IMG/VR virus record: IMGVR_UViG_3300042544_002864
Coordinates: 1,784-65,783 of that record
Length of the DNA stretch: 64,000 nt
Origin: a virus
Lineage: Duplodnaviria; Caudoviricetes
Reading direction: 5' to 3' (one strand)
The notes under the pieces were generated by a model that worked only from the letters and a program-made list of their open reading frames with translations, had not been told where the DNA came from and ran no database searches. The position numbers and the translations under genes were made by a program. Below are positions 18,558-28,619 of the stretch, in pieces. Position 1 is the stretch's first letter, and each line of letters opens with the position of its first letter.

Positions 18558-19231
18558 AGTAGACCAATACTACCATATACACTTATCCAAGAATTAGGAT
18601 TAGATGGGTCTATTAAATGTGTATTGTTTACCTGTGTTTTACTAACAGGAAGATATTTTTTAATGTAAATTTTACCAGGAATGACATCATTTACAAGATA
18701 AAGTGGAACCATAATTCCATTCGATCTAAGTTCTTTTGTGAATTTCAAAGCCGCTTCAAAAATTGGATCTGTAGCTAAATCTGCCATTTTTAATCCCTCT
18801 GTTCTAAACATAACAGCTTTTGGTCGAGCGTATCTTATTTCAACATATAATCTATCTGAAGTGTCTATTAAATTATATCCAGCTAGAGAAGGTAGCTGAA
18901 TAGGTGCGTTATTACCTTGAAATTTGTAAATAGTATTTGTAGAGGTTTCTTGAAATAATAAATCACAATTAAGTGCGTTACATATATCAAGTAACTTTGT
19001 TCTTTGCCAAGTACCAGAAGCTAACATTGGATTTCCTAAAAATTTAGAGTCAAAGGTATACTTATCTTCAATAATACCATTTATAAGATTATTAACTATT
19101 GATATATTATCTATATCAATCATAGCACAATTCGCTGGTAAATTAGGACTTCTATGATTATTAGAGAAAACATTACCACCAACATGTATTCTATTTTGTG
19201 CTTCAAATATTGAAAATTTAGTTATTAACAT
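18554..19231 (-). CDS. Possible PD-(D/E)XK-like protein with tag-like N-terminus
   Basis: MLITKFSIFEA; IDID...IIEDK spacing like restriction-fold nucleases; TAATATATA 19236-19244. Confidence 0.4.
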   Translation of the reverse strand: MLITKFSIFEAQNRIHVGGNVFSNNHRSPNLPANCAMIDIDNISIVNNLINGIIEDKYTFDSKFLGNPMLASGTWQRTKLLDICNALNCDLLFQETSTNTIYKFQGNNAPIQLPSLAGYNLIDTSDRLYVEIRYARPKAVMFRTEGLKMADLATDPIFEAALKFTKELRSNGIMVPLYLVNDVIPGKIYIKKYLPVSKTQVNNTHLIDPSNPNSWISVYGSIGLL

Positions 19232-19262
19232 AGTGTATATATTAAAATTAGATATATAAATT

Positions 19263-19493
19263 ATGAAAACAGATGAAATATATCCATATTATTTAGATTA
19301 TCTAAATGATAGAATGTTAGAAGGTAAAATATCAAAAGGATCATTCTCTTTATTGAAGATTAGTAGAGATTCATTTGAGGACTTTAAGTTCAGGTTTGAG
19401 AATGATGAACTTTTCAGTAGAAAAGTAATAGAATTACATAAGTCTGAAGTTAGAGACAAAAAAATTGATGATATATTCGATGATTTTGATTGA
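19263..19493 (+). CDS. Small protein with C-terminal RDKKIDDIF motif
   Basis: 76-aa ORF. Confidence 0.6.
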   Translation: MKTDEIYPYYLDYLNDRMLEGKISKGSFSLLKISRDSFEDFKFRFENDELFSRKVIELHKSEVRDKKIDDIFDDFD

Positions 19494-19878
19494 TGAGATA
19501 ATAGTAGATAATGTAAATATTAAATTTTACAAAGGAATGGATATTGACTTACTTCTAAATCATAATAGAGATGGATCCAATGGGTTCATCTTTTGTTTTA
19601 TAGATAGTTGGACAGCTGAAGTTAAAAGTTATAATAGACAAAGAAAGTTAGTATCAATAGTCGATGATATCAATTATAAAGAATTTGAATGGGAAATGAT
19701 TAACAATAATTATATTAATGTTTATCAAACAGAAGGTCTTGGAATAGATATTGTTTATGAGACTATAAGAGGTAAATTGGAAAAAAATCAACTTCCTGAC
19801 CAACCATGGACACCAATATCAGGAATATCAAGGGGTGCATGGAAAATATCAAATAACCAAACTAAATATATAACCTAA
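19465..19878 (+). CDS. Hypothetical protein (internal RQRKLVSIV motif)
   Basis: 137-aa ORF in operon. Confidence 0.55.
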   Translation: MMIYSMILIDEIIVDNVNIKFYKGMDIDLLLNHNRDGSNGFIFCFIDSWTAEVKSYNRQRKLVSIVDDINYKEFEWEMINNNYINVYQTEGLGIDIVYETIRGKLEKNQLPDQPWTPISGISRGAWKISNNQTKYIT

Positions 19879-20393
19879 TGACTAAAATTATGAAACATTT
19901 AATGAGATATGAGGGTTATACATCTATGGAAAGAGTAGATGACATTTTAGATAAAATATCTAAATATGGCATTAAATCGCTTACTCAATTAGAGAAGGAT
20001 TTTCTAGATTCTCATAAAATAGGAAATGAGGAAGAAATACATGATAAATTAGCAAAAGAAGAATCCGAAACGGTATTTGAAGACGATAATGGTTATTTCA
20101 AATTTGAACATACTGAAACCGAAGATTACGGAGATGAAGTGCATTATATAGGAACACTTTATGTACCAGATTTAGAATGGCCAAATGGTAAAAGATTAGA
20201 AGGTCGTTTAGAGGGTAAAATAGTAGTTTATAGTAATGGTTCTATTTCTCCTGATTTTTATTCAGTTGTAAAAGATCCACAAACTCATGATAATTATGAT
20301 GTGTTTGAGTTCTGTAATGGATTGGAGTATGAGTTAGATTCTTTTATAGACTATGTAGTATCTGAATTAGATGATAAAAATAAAGATTTATAA
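19878..20393 (+). CDS. Tagged protein with DUF6576-like motif
   Basis: MKHLMRYEGY then VDDILDKISKYGIKSLTQLEKDFL. Confidence 0.6.
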   Translation: MTKIMKHLMRYEGYTSMERVDDILDKISKYGIKSLTQLEKDFLDSHKIGNEEEIHDKLAKEESETVFEDDNGYFKFEHTETEDYGDEVHYIGTLYVPDLEWPNGKRLEGRLEGKIVVYSNGSISPDFYSVVKDPQTHDNYDVFEFCNGLEYELDSFIDYVVSELDDKNKDL

Positions 20394-20431
20394 TTTAATA
20401 TATAACATTATATAAAAAATAATTAGAAACA

Positions 20432-20980
20432 ATGATTAAAAGATATAATCAATTTGTTAAAGGTGTTAACGAAGAATTTGAAATGGGAGAAGAAAGACCT
20501 TCACCAATTACAAAACCAGCACCTACAACTACACCAGACACACCAACTAGACCAAGACCAACTAGACCAGGAATTACACCAACTGAAGTTCCTTCAGAAG
20601 AAGATGCTCCTTTAGCATATGGATATGGTGAGAATGAATTACCTGAAGAAGAAGGTGGTGAGTATATGGGTCAAAAAATGATGGCTGATTTAGCATCAGA
20701 ACTTGGTACTGAAATAGGAACTGATGGTTCTATTAACTATAACGGTAAAAAAGTTAACTTTTATTCAGAAACTGAAATGTTCCATGTTGATAAAAAGAAA
20801 TTCAAAACACCTGAAGAGGTTGTTAGTTATTTAGATTCTGTTTCTCCTGAAGAAACAGAAGAACCATCTTTTGAAGAAACTGAAGGTGATTTAGCTAAAA
20901 GAGACTTAGAAGACGAAATGGGAGCATTTGAATCTAAAAGTTACAAAAGAACTTTTGAAAGTTATAAAAGAAAGAAATAA
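20432..20980 (+). CDS. Acidic/Pro-rich putative internal head or scaffold protein
   Basis: MIKRYNQFVKGVNEE start; C-terminal AFESKSYKRTFESY; TAATATATA 20396-20404. Confidence 0.6.
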   Translation: MIKRYNQFVKGVNEEFEMGEERPSPITKPAPTTTPDTPTRPRPTRPGITPTEVPSEEDAPLAYGYGENELPEEEGGEYMGQKMMADLASELGTEIGTDGSINYNGKKVNFYSETEMFHVDKKKFKTPEEVVSYLDSVSPEETEEPSFEETEGDLAKRDLEDEMGAFESKSYKRTFESYKRKK

Positions 20981-20994
20981 TTCTAATAGAAATA

Positions 20995-21025
20995 AAAAAA
21001 CCCACTCAATTTGAGTGGGTTTTTT
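20995..21025. terminator. Bidirectional intrinsic terminator
   Basis: aaaaaacccactca-att-tgagtgggtttttt. Confidence 0.8.
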
Positions 21026-21028
21026 GTT

Positions 21029-21358
21029 TTACATCTCTGTAGGTTCTGATGGTTTTTCTGATTTCTTTTCTTGTTGTATCTTATTAATGATATAACCTGA
21101 AACAGCGAACTCAGCCGCTGCCCATAGAAGAAATTCTCCCATTGATAATGTAGCATGTTTTTCTAAAAGAAAGAAAATCATACCCCATTGAGCAATAATA
21201 AATGCTACTCCAGATTCAACTCTTTTCTTTGAAAAGTAAGATGATTTACCGCTATACATAGCTAATAACTCACTGAAGAACCATTTAATTTTGTCTGAAA
21301 TTTTTTGAAACCAGTTCTTTTTAGTTTCAATAACTGTTGTTTTCTTTTCGTTTGCCAT
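21029..21358 (-). CDS. Small two-TM membrane protein (holin candidate)
   Basis: Two hydrophobic segments, charged C-terminus, late-type TATATA upstream. Confidence 0.45.
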   Translation of the reverse strand: MANEKKTTVIETKKNWFQKISDKIKWFFSELLAMYSGKSSYFSKKRVESGVAFIIAQWGMIFFLLEKHATLSMGEFLLWAAAEFAVSGYIINKIQQEKKSEKPSEPTEM

Positions 21359-21426
21359 AGTAGTGATTAATTTTTATAAAGTATATATATTTTTAGGAAA
21401 GTATATTTTTTCAATATATAATTAGT

Positions 21427-21891
21427 ATGAGATTAATTAGAATTTTGAGATTTATTTATAAAGCAGAGCATCCACACTTTCTATCTGTTGATAAATCAAC
21501 CTATTTCAGATGGAAGTGGGTTATCAAAATGGTTCTTAGTATGAATAAAAACTACAAACCTTGTGAGATATTAAGAAAGAAATATAAAGTATTAGAAGAT
21601 TTTGTTGTTATAGGATTAAAATATAATGGCAAAAATGTAAAAAGAAGAACATGTGGTTTTGCTAAAGAATTCCTAGAAGAAAATAAAGAAACATCTTGTG
21701 TTTATTGTGATGTTGTATTAAATGAAAGTAACGCAACCGCAGATCATATCATTCCTATATCAGATGGTGGAAATAATTGTCAAGTTAATTTAGTTGTTTG
21801 TTGTAAAAATTGTAATAATCAAAGAGGTAATTTAGATTTTAGAGAGTTTATGAGATTGAAAAAAAGAAATTATAAAAAGTTATTTATTTAG
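21427..21891 (+). CDS. HNH endonuclease
   Basis: CVYC...TADHIIPISDGG.N...NLVVCCKNCNNQRG. Confidence 0.85.
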   Translation: MRLIRILRFIYKAEHPHFLSVDKSTYFRWKWVIKMVLSMNKNYKPCEILRKKYKVLEDFVVIGLKYNGKNVKRRTCGFAKEFLEENKETSCVYCDVVLNESNATADHIIPISDGGNNCQVNLVVCCKNCNNQRGNLDFREFMRLKKRNYKKLFI

Positions 21892-23077
21892 AGATTTTTA
21901 ATAGAACTAAACTTTTTATTATAATCGGTCACTTCATTATTATTTTTTTTCCTTCTAAATTTTGGTATCCATTTAATATCCAAAACATCAGAACTGAAAA
22001 AATTCTCTAAATTTAATTTCTTATAAGGATCAGACATAAGTTCAGATAATTTATTCATATCTTTTACTTTACTTATTCTATGTAATAACCTATAAGGATC
22101 ATCTGTTTTCTTTTTTTCTACAATATCATCAAATAACTTCTTCCAAAGGAATACGGGATATCCACTTTTCAACTTCTCTTCAGATTTTTTATAACCGGCT
22201 TCATCATTATCAAAGAAGTATTGTAAATCTAGATTATTATTTTCTAAAAATCTATAATCTGTATTAACACCAACAAGTCCAATTGAATTCGGGAAAAATA
22301 AAGAGTCGATATAACCCTCAAATACGGTAATCTTTTCCATAAAATCAACATTAAGTATGTTGAAATAATATGATAACTTATTGTAGATGACCATCTCACT
22401 AATATCCGGTTCTGGTAAATCTTTTCCCATACTTACCCATTCTAATAGGTTCTCATAGTTGTATATTTTGAATGTACGACGCTTTCCTTCTTTTAAGTTA
22501 CGAGTTTGCATACCAAGTACTTTATCACCTCTGCGATTCAATAAAACGATTATCCACTCACTTTCATCTTCATTCTTCCAGTATTTGGCTTGATAAATAT
22601 TCTTATGATACTCTGGTGGTATTCCACGACCAACTAAGTATTTATAAACACCGCCATTAACTTGTATAGGTTTGAAATCAGATATTGGTGTTAAGTCTTG
22701 ACTGAATACTCTTTCTAATTCGGTCATGTCAATTAGATTTTCAAATTTAGCATCAACAAAATCACCTTCATAGTCAGAATAAGTCATAACACTATTTAAG
22801 TGTTCTATCATTTCTAACTTTTTTTCAGGGTCTAGTTGTTCATTGAAATCTTTGCATAATCTATCAAAGGTTGTTTTCTTATCACAATTAAAACAAATAT
22901 AGATAAGTCTGTTAAAATAGAAGTTACCTCTTTTTTTGTGTTCGGACTTTCCATCACCACAATAAGGACAACACATATTCAATCTATCCGAATATGATAT
23001 TAATTTTCTTCTATGAACAGAAGAAAACTCTTTATTCAAGATTTTTTGTAAAATATCATTTATGTATTTTTGGTCCA
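21888..23077 (-). CDS. DNA primase (T4 gp61-like)
   Basis: Zn finger CPYCGD...CFNC; TOPRIM FEGYIDSLF...FFDNDEAG; KDMN; likely start MDQKY. Confidence 0.85.
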
Positions 23078-23173
23078 TACATGATATATTTTGCAAATAC
23101 ATCTAAGTTTTCAAAAAAATCAAAAAAAGATATTTAAAACTAAATATATACTATAATAAAAAAAATATAAAAT

Positions 23174-23737
23174 ATGAAATATATTAAGACATTTGAAGGT
23201 TATTCAACTAAATCATTAATGGTTTTTGAAAACGTTGAAATTGGAACACAAGAACAAAAAGATTTATTAAATAGATCTTTTGAAGAATTATCAAAACAAG
23301 AACAAGAAGCTGCTTTTAAAGGAATTGAAGAATTAGCTGCGAAGGCTGGATGTTCTGTTGAGGACTTAACAAACTCTAAGTTTGTTCAATCTATATTCAA
23401 CAATGCTGAAGAAGATCGTGCTTATGGACCAGATTCATTAGAAGAAGGAGTTATTGGTGACTTTTTTGAAAGAACAAAAAAATTCTTTGGTAATCTATTA
23501 AACGGATTAGGAATCGCTTTAAGATGGGCTGGAGGATTAGCTGGATCATTAACATCATTTCTTGCTATCGCGGCAGGTAGTCCTGATTATAGAATAGACT
23601 GGATGTGGCATGAGTCATTGAGAAGTTTATCAAGAGATCAAGAAGCTGGAATGTTTTTAGCTGGATTAGCAGCATTAGGAATAAGTATAATCGCTGGTCA
23701 CTACTTATCACACAAAGGTAAATCAATGGCAAGATAA
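23174..23737 (+). CDS. Tagged protein with C-terminal hydrophobic helices
   Basis: MKYIKTFEGY start; LEEG site followed by Gly/Ala-rich hydrophobic segments. Confidence 0.6.
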   Translation: MKYIKTFEGYSTKSLMVFENVEIGTQEQKDLLNRSFEELSKQEQEAAFKGIEELAAKAGCSVEDLTNSKFVQSIFNNAEEDRAYGPDSLEEGVIGDFFERTKKFFGNLLNGLGIALRWAGGLAGSLTSFLAIAAGSPDYRIDWMWHESLRSLSRDQEAGMFLAGLAALGISIIAGHYLSHKGKSMAR

Positions 23738-23757
23738 TTTTACAAATAATATTAAAT

Positions 23758-23785
23758 AAAAAAAGACCCTTATGGGTCTTTTTTT
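23758..23785. terminator. Bidirectional intrinsic terminator
   Basis: aaaaaaagaccc-ttat-gggtctttttt. Confidence 0.75.
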
Positions 23786-24119
23786 ATTTTGAGTATTTTT
23801 CGTCTCGGATATCTACTAAAACATCGATAATTGTTTTGATACTTTCTTTGTCAGGTGCTATTTTTTTCAAGTAAACACCTTTAGCGAAATATGTGTAGTA
23901 GATAAAGTGAGCTACCAATAAAATAATTGCGAATGGTAAGATGAAGTTCAAAAACCAGATACCAATTAAAAATGGAATCAATGTAACTACAAACATAACT
24001 CCTTCAGTAAATAACATAGATGCAACTTTTAACAAGTTAATACTTTTATTAAAATCTGATTTTGTATAGTTAGCTGTTTTTACTAATTCTTCTTGTTTTA
24101 CTTCGTTGTATGTTTTCAT
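23784..24119 (-). CDS. Membrane protein (probably early)
   Basis: Long hydrophobic stretch; TATATTTG on minus strand at 24159-24166. Confidence 0.6.
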   Translation of the reverse strand: MKTYNEVKQEELVKTANYTKSDFNKSINLLKVASMLFTEGVMFVVTLIPFLIGIWFLNFILPFAIILLVAHFIYYTYFAKGVYLKKIAPDKESIKTIIDVLVDIRDEKYSK

Positions 24120-24250
24120 TTTGTAGTGGATTTATTTGTGTTTAATTATTTAACAATACAAATATACAATTATTTTCCTAATTATAAAATATATATATCA
24201 AAAAAATTAAAAATAGTAACCATTTCACTTTAAATTTATATATTTGTATT

Positions 24251-24490
24251 ATGAGAACACTAAAAGAGTTATACAATGCTAATGTGGATGTCAGAGACTC
24301 TGATATTCCAGTTGAATGGAAAGAAAGTTTTGGCAAGTTTATGATGGGTCAAACATGTTCTGCTGAAGTCGATGAAGATGGTACAATAAAGGAGTTTATT
24401 TACTACGCTTGTGATTTCAGAGGTTGGTACTTCCAAAATAAAGAAGCTATTGAAAGAGATATTAAAATAGATAACGTATTAAAGAGTTAA
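24251..24490 (+). CDS. Small early protein with C-terminal ERDIKIDNVL motif
   Basis: TATATTTG at 24239-24246 directly upstream. Confidence 0.6.
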   Translation: MRTLKELYNANVDVRDSDIPVEWKESFGKFMMGQTCSAEVDEDGTIKEFIYYACDFRGWYFQNKEAIERDIKIDNVLKS

Positions 24491-26350
24491 TAATAAGTAT
24501 AACTTTTCAATTTCTTTTCTAAATGAAGAATAATCAAATGATTTACACATTCTATAAAGTGCTCTGATATATCTGTAATCTAATCTCAACATCTTCTTAT
24601 ATTTAAGATTCAAATCTCCATCACCTGTTAATTTCTCTATTTCTGAAGTAAATAGAGAAACTTTACTACTTGTGCTAAGACTTTCTGTGAATGTTATTGC
24701 GGCTAATAAAGATGGTATCATTTCCTCTGGTGTTAGTAATTCAGAAGAGTCCATACCCCAATAAACATTTTTTAAACTTTTTACATAGACTTCATTTGAC
24801 TCTATAGAAGAAATGACTTCTTTAGTGTTTAACTCACCACTTTTATAACTATCATATAGTTTTTTCTTAACCTTTTGAACTAATTCACGATGTTCACAAT
24901 CATCACCTGGGAATAACTCTTCTCTTATCTTATGGTATAATAAATCTCCCCAAGTCATTGTATCACTTCTATTTTCTTTCTCATCTATAAAGTGATATTC
25001 ACCAGTATATGGATCTTTTATATAACTTTTTCTCAAAAAGTATTTAGTCTCACCTACTATTATTTGTTCTATATAAAGGTCTGTTCTAGATTTAACTAAC
25101 CAATCAGTATCATTTTTTGATATCTCAACTTCTATTACTTGTTCATTATCAGGATAAAGGTAATCGTTCATAACTTCAGAATAAACAGCATCATCTTTAT
25201 AAAAATTCTCACTATGGTACTCTGACCAAACTACATCCTCATTAGGGTAAGCCCATTCATCTTTATAATCTAAATAAGTGGCATCATCTGTGTAAACATA
25301 ACTATTAATATTTTCACACCAAACCGAACCTTCTCTACTAATATGTTCGCCATACCACTCAGACCAAATACCATCTTCTTCTTCAAAACCACCACTCGTA
25401 TCTTGAATCTTTATATAACCTTGGCCTGGCCATAAATCTTCATCATCTCTTAAAATTTTAGTTGTGGGATTATAAACAACAAATGTATCCATATAAGGAT
25501 ATTTCTCATAAGTGTGATCTCCTAATTTAACTTCTAAGTAGTGTGTGTTTTCATCTGAAACTCTATATGAGTTTTTTATCATCCATTTCTCAAAAAAATC
25601 ATTAAATAACAATCTATCTGAATCATTTATAGTATAGATTCTATCCATAAAATAAGAGTCATCTGTTAATTTCCAAATTAAAGCTCGACCTGTTATTTTA
25701 TCTTTATTGTCCTCTGATTTTAATATAAGTAATTGACAGACCTCTGGATTTTTAACATAAATATCTAAAAAATTTTGACAACTATTATATCTCATACAAG
25801 AATTTCCTAATTGACCTCTTCTTTCAAGATAATTGTTTTCATGATACCATTTTTTAATATCTTCCCCATTTACCAACTCAAAGTTATTAATATCACCATC
25901 AACAGCCGCCTTATATTGGTTTACAAATGTTTCTATATCAGAATCGGTAATAGAAGATTTATGTACTTCAGTCACTATTCTTCTAAGCCATCTACCAATA
26001 CTTATCTCCGTTCTACCTTTATTCCAAAATTCATTTGATTTATCATTAGTTATATTTCTTGGAAGAAAATAAACATCATCATTAGGATATGTTTTTGTAT
26101 CTGGGTTGGATCTTAAAATTCTATTTACTTGAATAAAAGATATTGTATCATTCTTATCAGTGATATCAACTAAAGTGTAGATATCAGTAATTTGATTAGA
26201 ATCTTCAGCGGATAATAAAAATTTAGCATACTTATTATTTTTAGAAACTTTGTCTAAAAGTTTTCTAAACTCATCAGAGTAATAAAGTCTCATCTCTTTT
26301 TTAGCAACAGCTTCAAAAATAAAGTCTAAGTAGTTAGATAGAAATCTCAT
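24479..26350 (-). CDS. Conserved phage protein (LGNSCMR/GRALIW/MDRIY/YPYMDTF family), paralog of 9454..10686
   Basis: Shared motifs; tag-like MRFLSNYLDFIFEA; TAATATATA 26355-26363; short VWSE(W/Y)-like repeats. Confidence 0.65.
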   Translation of the reverse strand: MRFLSNYLDFIFEAVAKKEMRLYYSDEFRKLLDKVSKNNKYAKFLLSAEDSNQITDIYTLVDITDKNDTISFIQVNRILRSNPDTKTYPNDDVYFLPRNITNDKSNEFWNKGRTEISIGRWLRRIVTEVHKSSITDSDIETFVNQYKAAVDGDINNFELVNGEDIKKWYHENNYLERRGQLGNSCMRYNSCQNFLDIYVKNPEVCQLLILKSEDNKDKITGRALIWKLTDDSYFMDRIYTINDSDRLLFNDFFEKWMIKNSYRVSDENTHYLEVKLGDHTYEKYPYMDTFVVYNPTTKILRDDEDLWPGQGYIKIQDTSGGFEEEDGIWSEWYGEHISREGSVWCENINSYVYTDDATYLDYKDEWAYPNEDVVWSEYHSENFYKDDAVYSEVMNDYLYPDNEQVIEVEISKNDTDWLVKSRTDLYIEQIIVGETKYFLRKSYIKDPYTGEYHFIDEKENRSDTMTWGDLLYHKIREELFPGDDCEHRELVQKVKKKLYDSYKSGELNTKEVISSIESNEVYVKSLKNVYWGMDSSELLTPEEMIPSLLAAITFTESLSTSSKVSLFTSEIEKLTGDGDLNLKYKKMLRLDYRYIRALYRMCKSFDYSSFRKEIEKLYLLLTL

Positions 26351-26392
26351 ATATTATATATTAAATAAATAGATTTAAAATAAAAAATCCTC

Positions 26393-27496
26393 TTATTTAG
26401 AGGATTTTATTACTTTCTTTTTCCTTTTCTTAGTACCGACAATATCACTCGATGTTTTAGCTAAGAATTTAGTTTGTCTTTTGAATTGATTTGCAAAATC
26501 ATCTTGTCTTTGATCTTGACCTATTGGATTTAATTGACCAGCCATATTACCAAATTGTGTAAATTTTAATACTGACCCTTCCATACCTGGATTTTGTTGA
26601 GACGTTTCAGTTAATACCTCTTTTGATACAACTTTTCTAGTTATATTTAGAGGATCTTTAGTTCCCTTAACAACAAAAGAAACAATATTTGGAAATCTTT
26701 CGTGATTTAATTCAATCACATGTTCCATATGTTCTTTATTTTTATTATCATCATCTGAGAATCCAAGTTTTGCAACCCAATGGTCTCCAGAGTTAGAGTT
26801 CAACTCATCGATGAAACTATTTACTTTTTCAGTAAACTCTAAAAATACATCTTCTTTAGCTTTTTCAGGATTACTAGGAGAACCACCTCTTGAAGGAGAT
26901 GAAACACCAACGAAATCACAATTATCTAAATAAACTTTAATCAACTCATTTTGAGATGGTTGACCTTTTAGTATTTTAGATGAATCTTCTTTATCAACTC
27001 CGAAGAAATAAGCATATTTCATTACTTGATTATACATTTGATATAATTGTTCTTCACTTAAAACATTATCTATAATCCACTCAACACCTTTTCTCATTGG
27101 TCCAGATTCGTGACCACGAGCAGTAATGATTGCGAATAATGACCCATTTGATAAACATTCAACAAAGTCATCCCAAGCTGGTCCGAAACTACCACTTGAT
27201 ATAGCTTTTTTAACATCCTCTGTAAAGATTGACTCCCCCATAGGACCACTATCTCTGAAATTAGAAAAAGCCTCTGATGGATCATTGTTTATAACTCTCC
27301 AATTTTCAGAATCTCCTCTAACCTCTGCGAATTCCGCAGTAGAGATATCAATAGGATTCCAAGAATCACCATCTCTTTTCTCCATGTGAATAACAGTTGG
27401 CATGTTTAATATATTATCATCCCAGTCAAAAGCATAGTAAAGTAGATAATCTGATTCTCTACTTTCTTTAATAAATTGACCAAATTTCTTAACCAT
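26393..27496 (-). CDS. HAD-superfamily phosphatase-like protein with capsid-targeting-like N-terminus
   Basis: MVKKFGQFIKES; motif I AFDWDDN, motif II IITARGH, conserved K, motif IV GFSDDD. Confidence 0.65.
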   Translation of the reverse strand: MVKKFGQFIKESRESDYLLYYAFDWDDNILNMPTVIHMEKRDGDSWNPIDISTAEFAEVRGDSENWRVINNDPSEAFSNFRDSGPMGESIFTEDVKKAISSGSFGPAWDDFVECLSNGSLFAIITARGHESGPMRKGVEWIIDNVLSEEQLYQMYNQVMKYAYFFGVDKEDSSKILKGQPSQNELIKVYLDNCDFVGVSSPSRGGSPSNPEKAKEDVFLEFTEKVNSFIDELNSNSGDHWVAKLGFSDDDNKNKEHMEHVIELNHERFPNIVSFVVKGTKDPLNITRKVVSKEVLTETSQQNPGMEGSVLKFTQFGNMAGQLNPIGQDQRQDDFANQFKRQTKFLAKTSSDIVGTKKRKKKVIKSSK

Positions 27497-27502
27497 AGAT
27501 AT

Positions 27503-27853
27503 TTATTTTTTCTTGTTTATAAATGATTGAAATGATTCAAGAGCTCTTACGTTCTCTTCTTCCTCATCATCGTCATCATCGTCATCACCTTCTTCGTCAT
27601 CTTGAATTTCATCTTCAAGACCTTCAGGAGCTTCTTCACCAGCGAAGTCTTCTTCTTCACCACCGAAATCACCAAAAGATTTAATTCCTTCTCCGTCTTC
27701 AGACTCTTCACCATCTTGACCTTCTTGAGCTTCTTCAGTATCGATTGAGAATTCCTCAATAACCTCACCTTCGAATTCTGCTTTTACTGATATACGACCT
27801 TCCATCTCTTCGATTTCGATCTCATATCCGTTTATTTCAACTTTAGTTTTCAT
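27503..27853 (-). CDS. Highly acidic protein with C-terminal LESFQSFINK motif
   Basis: D/E-rich; TAATATATA 27874-27882; likely start MKTKVE. Confidence 0.6.
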   Translation of the reverse strand: MKTKVEINGYEIEIEEMEGRISVKAEFEGEVIEEFSIDTEEAQEGQDGEESEDGEGIKSFGDFGGEEEDFAGEEAPEGLEDEIQDDEEGDDDDDDDEEEENVRALESFQSFINKKK

Positions 27854-27957
27854 ATTGTACAATTAATTTTTATTATATATTAAATATGTAACCTCGTTTT
27901 TTGATAAATAAACTTTTACCCATTTATATAATAAAAACTAAAACTAAACATAATATA

Positions 27958-28614
27958 ATGACAGATTTTAGAAAATTCAGCATACAAAGTATAAGTGGTA
28001 ATAAATTCGATGACTACTTTAAGAAACTACAAAAAAAGAACTTCACATCAAACTTACTCGAATCAAATGGAATGCCAGTTGATGTATTTTCAAAACTATT
28101 AGATGATAGGATTATCTTTTTAGCAGATGAGATCGATTCAGATGTTTGTAACATAATTAAAGCACAACTTCTTTATTTAGAATCTGTTAATGATGATGAT
28201 ATTAAAATCTATATTGATAGTCCAGGTGGTTCAGTTTACTCTGGATTAGGTTTATTAGACGTAATGGATTTTGTTAAACCAGACATCGTTACAATCAATA
28301 CGGGACTTGCTGCATCAATGGGTGCTGTAATTCTATGTTCCGGTACTAAAGGTAAAAGAAAAGCTCTTAAAAGAAGTAGAACAATGATTCACCAACCAAT
28401 GAGTTATGGTGGATATGTTCAACAAGCTTCTGATATGGAAATTGAGGCCAGAGAAATGAACTCAATAAAAAAAGAGCTTTATGAAATAATATCAGAAATG
28501 ACAGGTCAAAATTACGATAGAGTTAGTAAAGATGGTGATAGAGATTATTGGATGAACGCTATTGAAGCTAAGAAGTATGGCATGATTGATGAAATCGTAA
28601 CAAAAAGAAAATAA
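27958..28614 (+). CDS. clpP: ATP-dependent Clp protease proteolytic subunit
   Basis: DVFSKLLDDRIIFL, YIDSPGGSV, GLAASMG (Ser), MIHQP (His), DRDYWM (Asp); likely start MTDFRKF. Confidence 0.93.
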   Translation: MTDFRKFSIQSISGNKFDDYFKKLQKKNFTSNLLESNGMPVDVFSKLLDDRIIFLADEIDSDVCNIIKAQLLYLESVNDDDIKIYIDSPGGSVYSGLGLLDVMDFVKPDIVTINTGLAASMGAVILCSGTKGKRKALKRSRTMIHQPMSYGGYVQQASDMEIEAREMNSIKKELYEIISEMTGQNYDRVSKDGDRDYWMNAIEAKKYGMIDEIVTKRK

Positions 28615-28619
28615 TATCT

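Noticed and set aside
23784-24119. MKTYNEVKQEE start as a capsid-targeting tag
   Set aside because: Lacks the second aromatic residue, is a membrane protein and sits behind an early host-type promoter; likely coincidental
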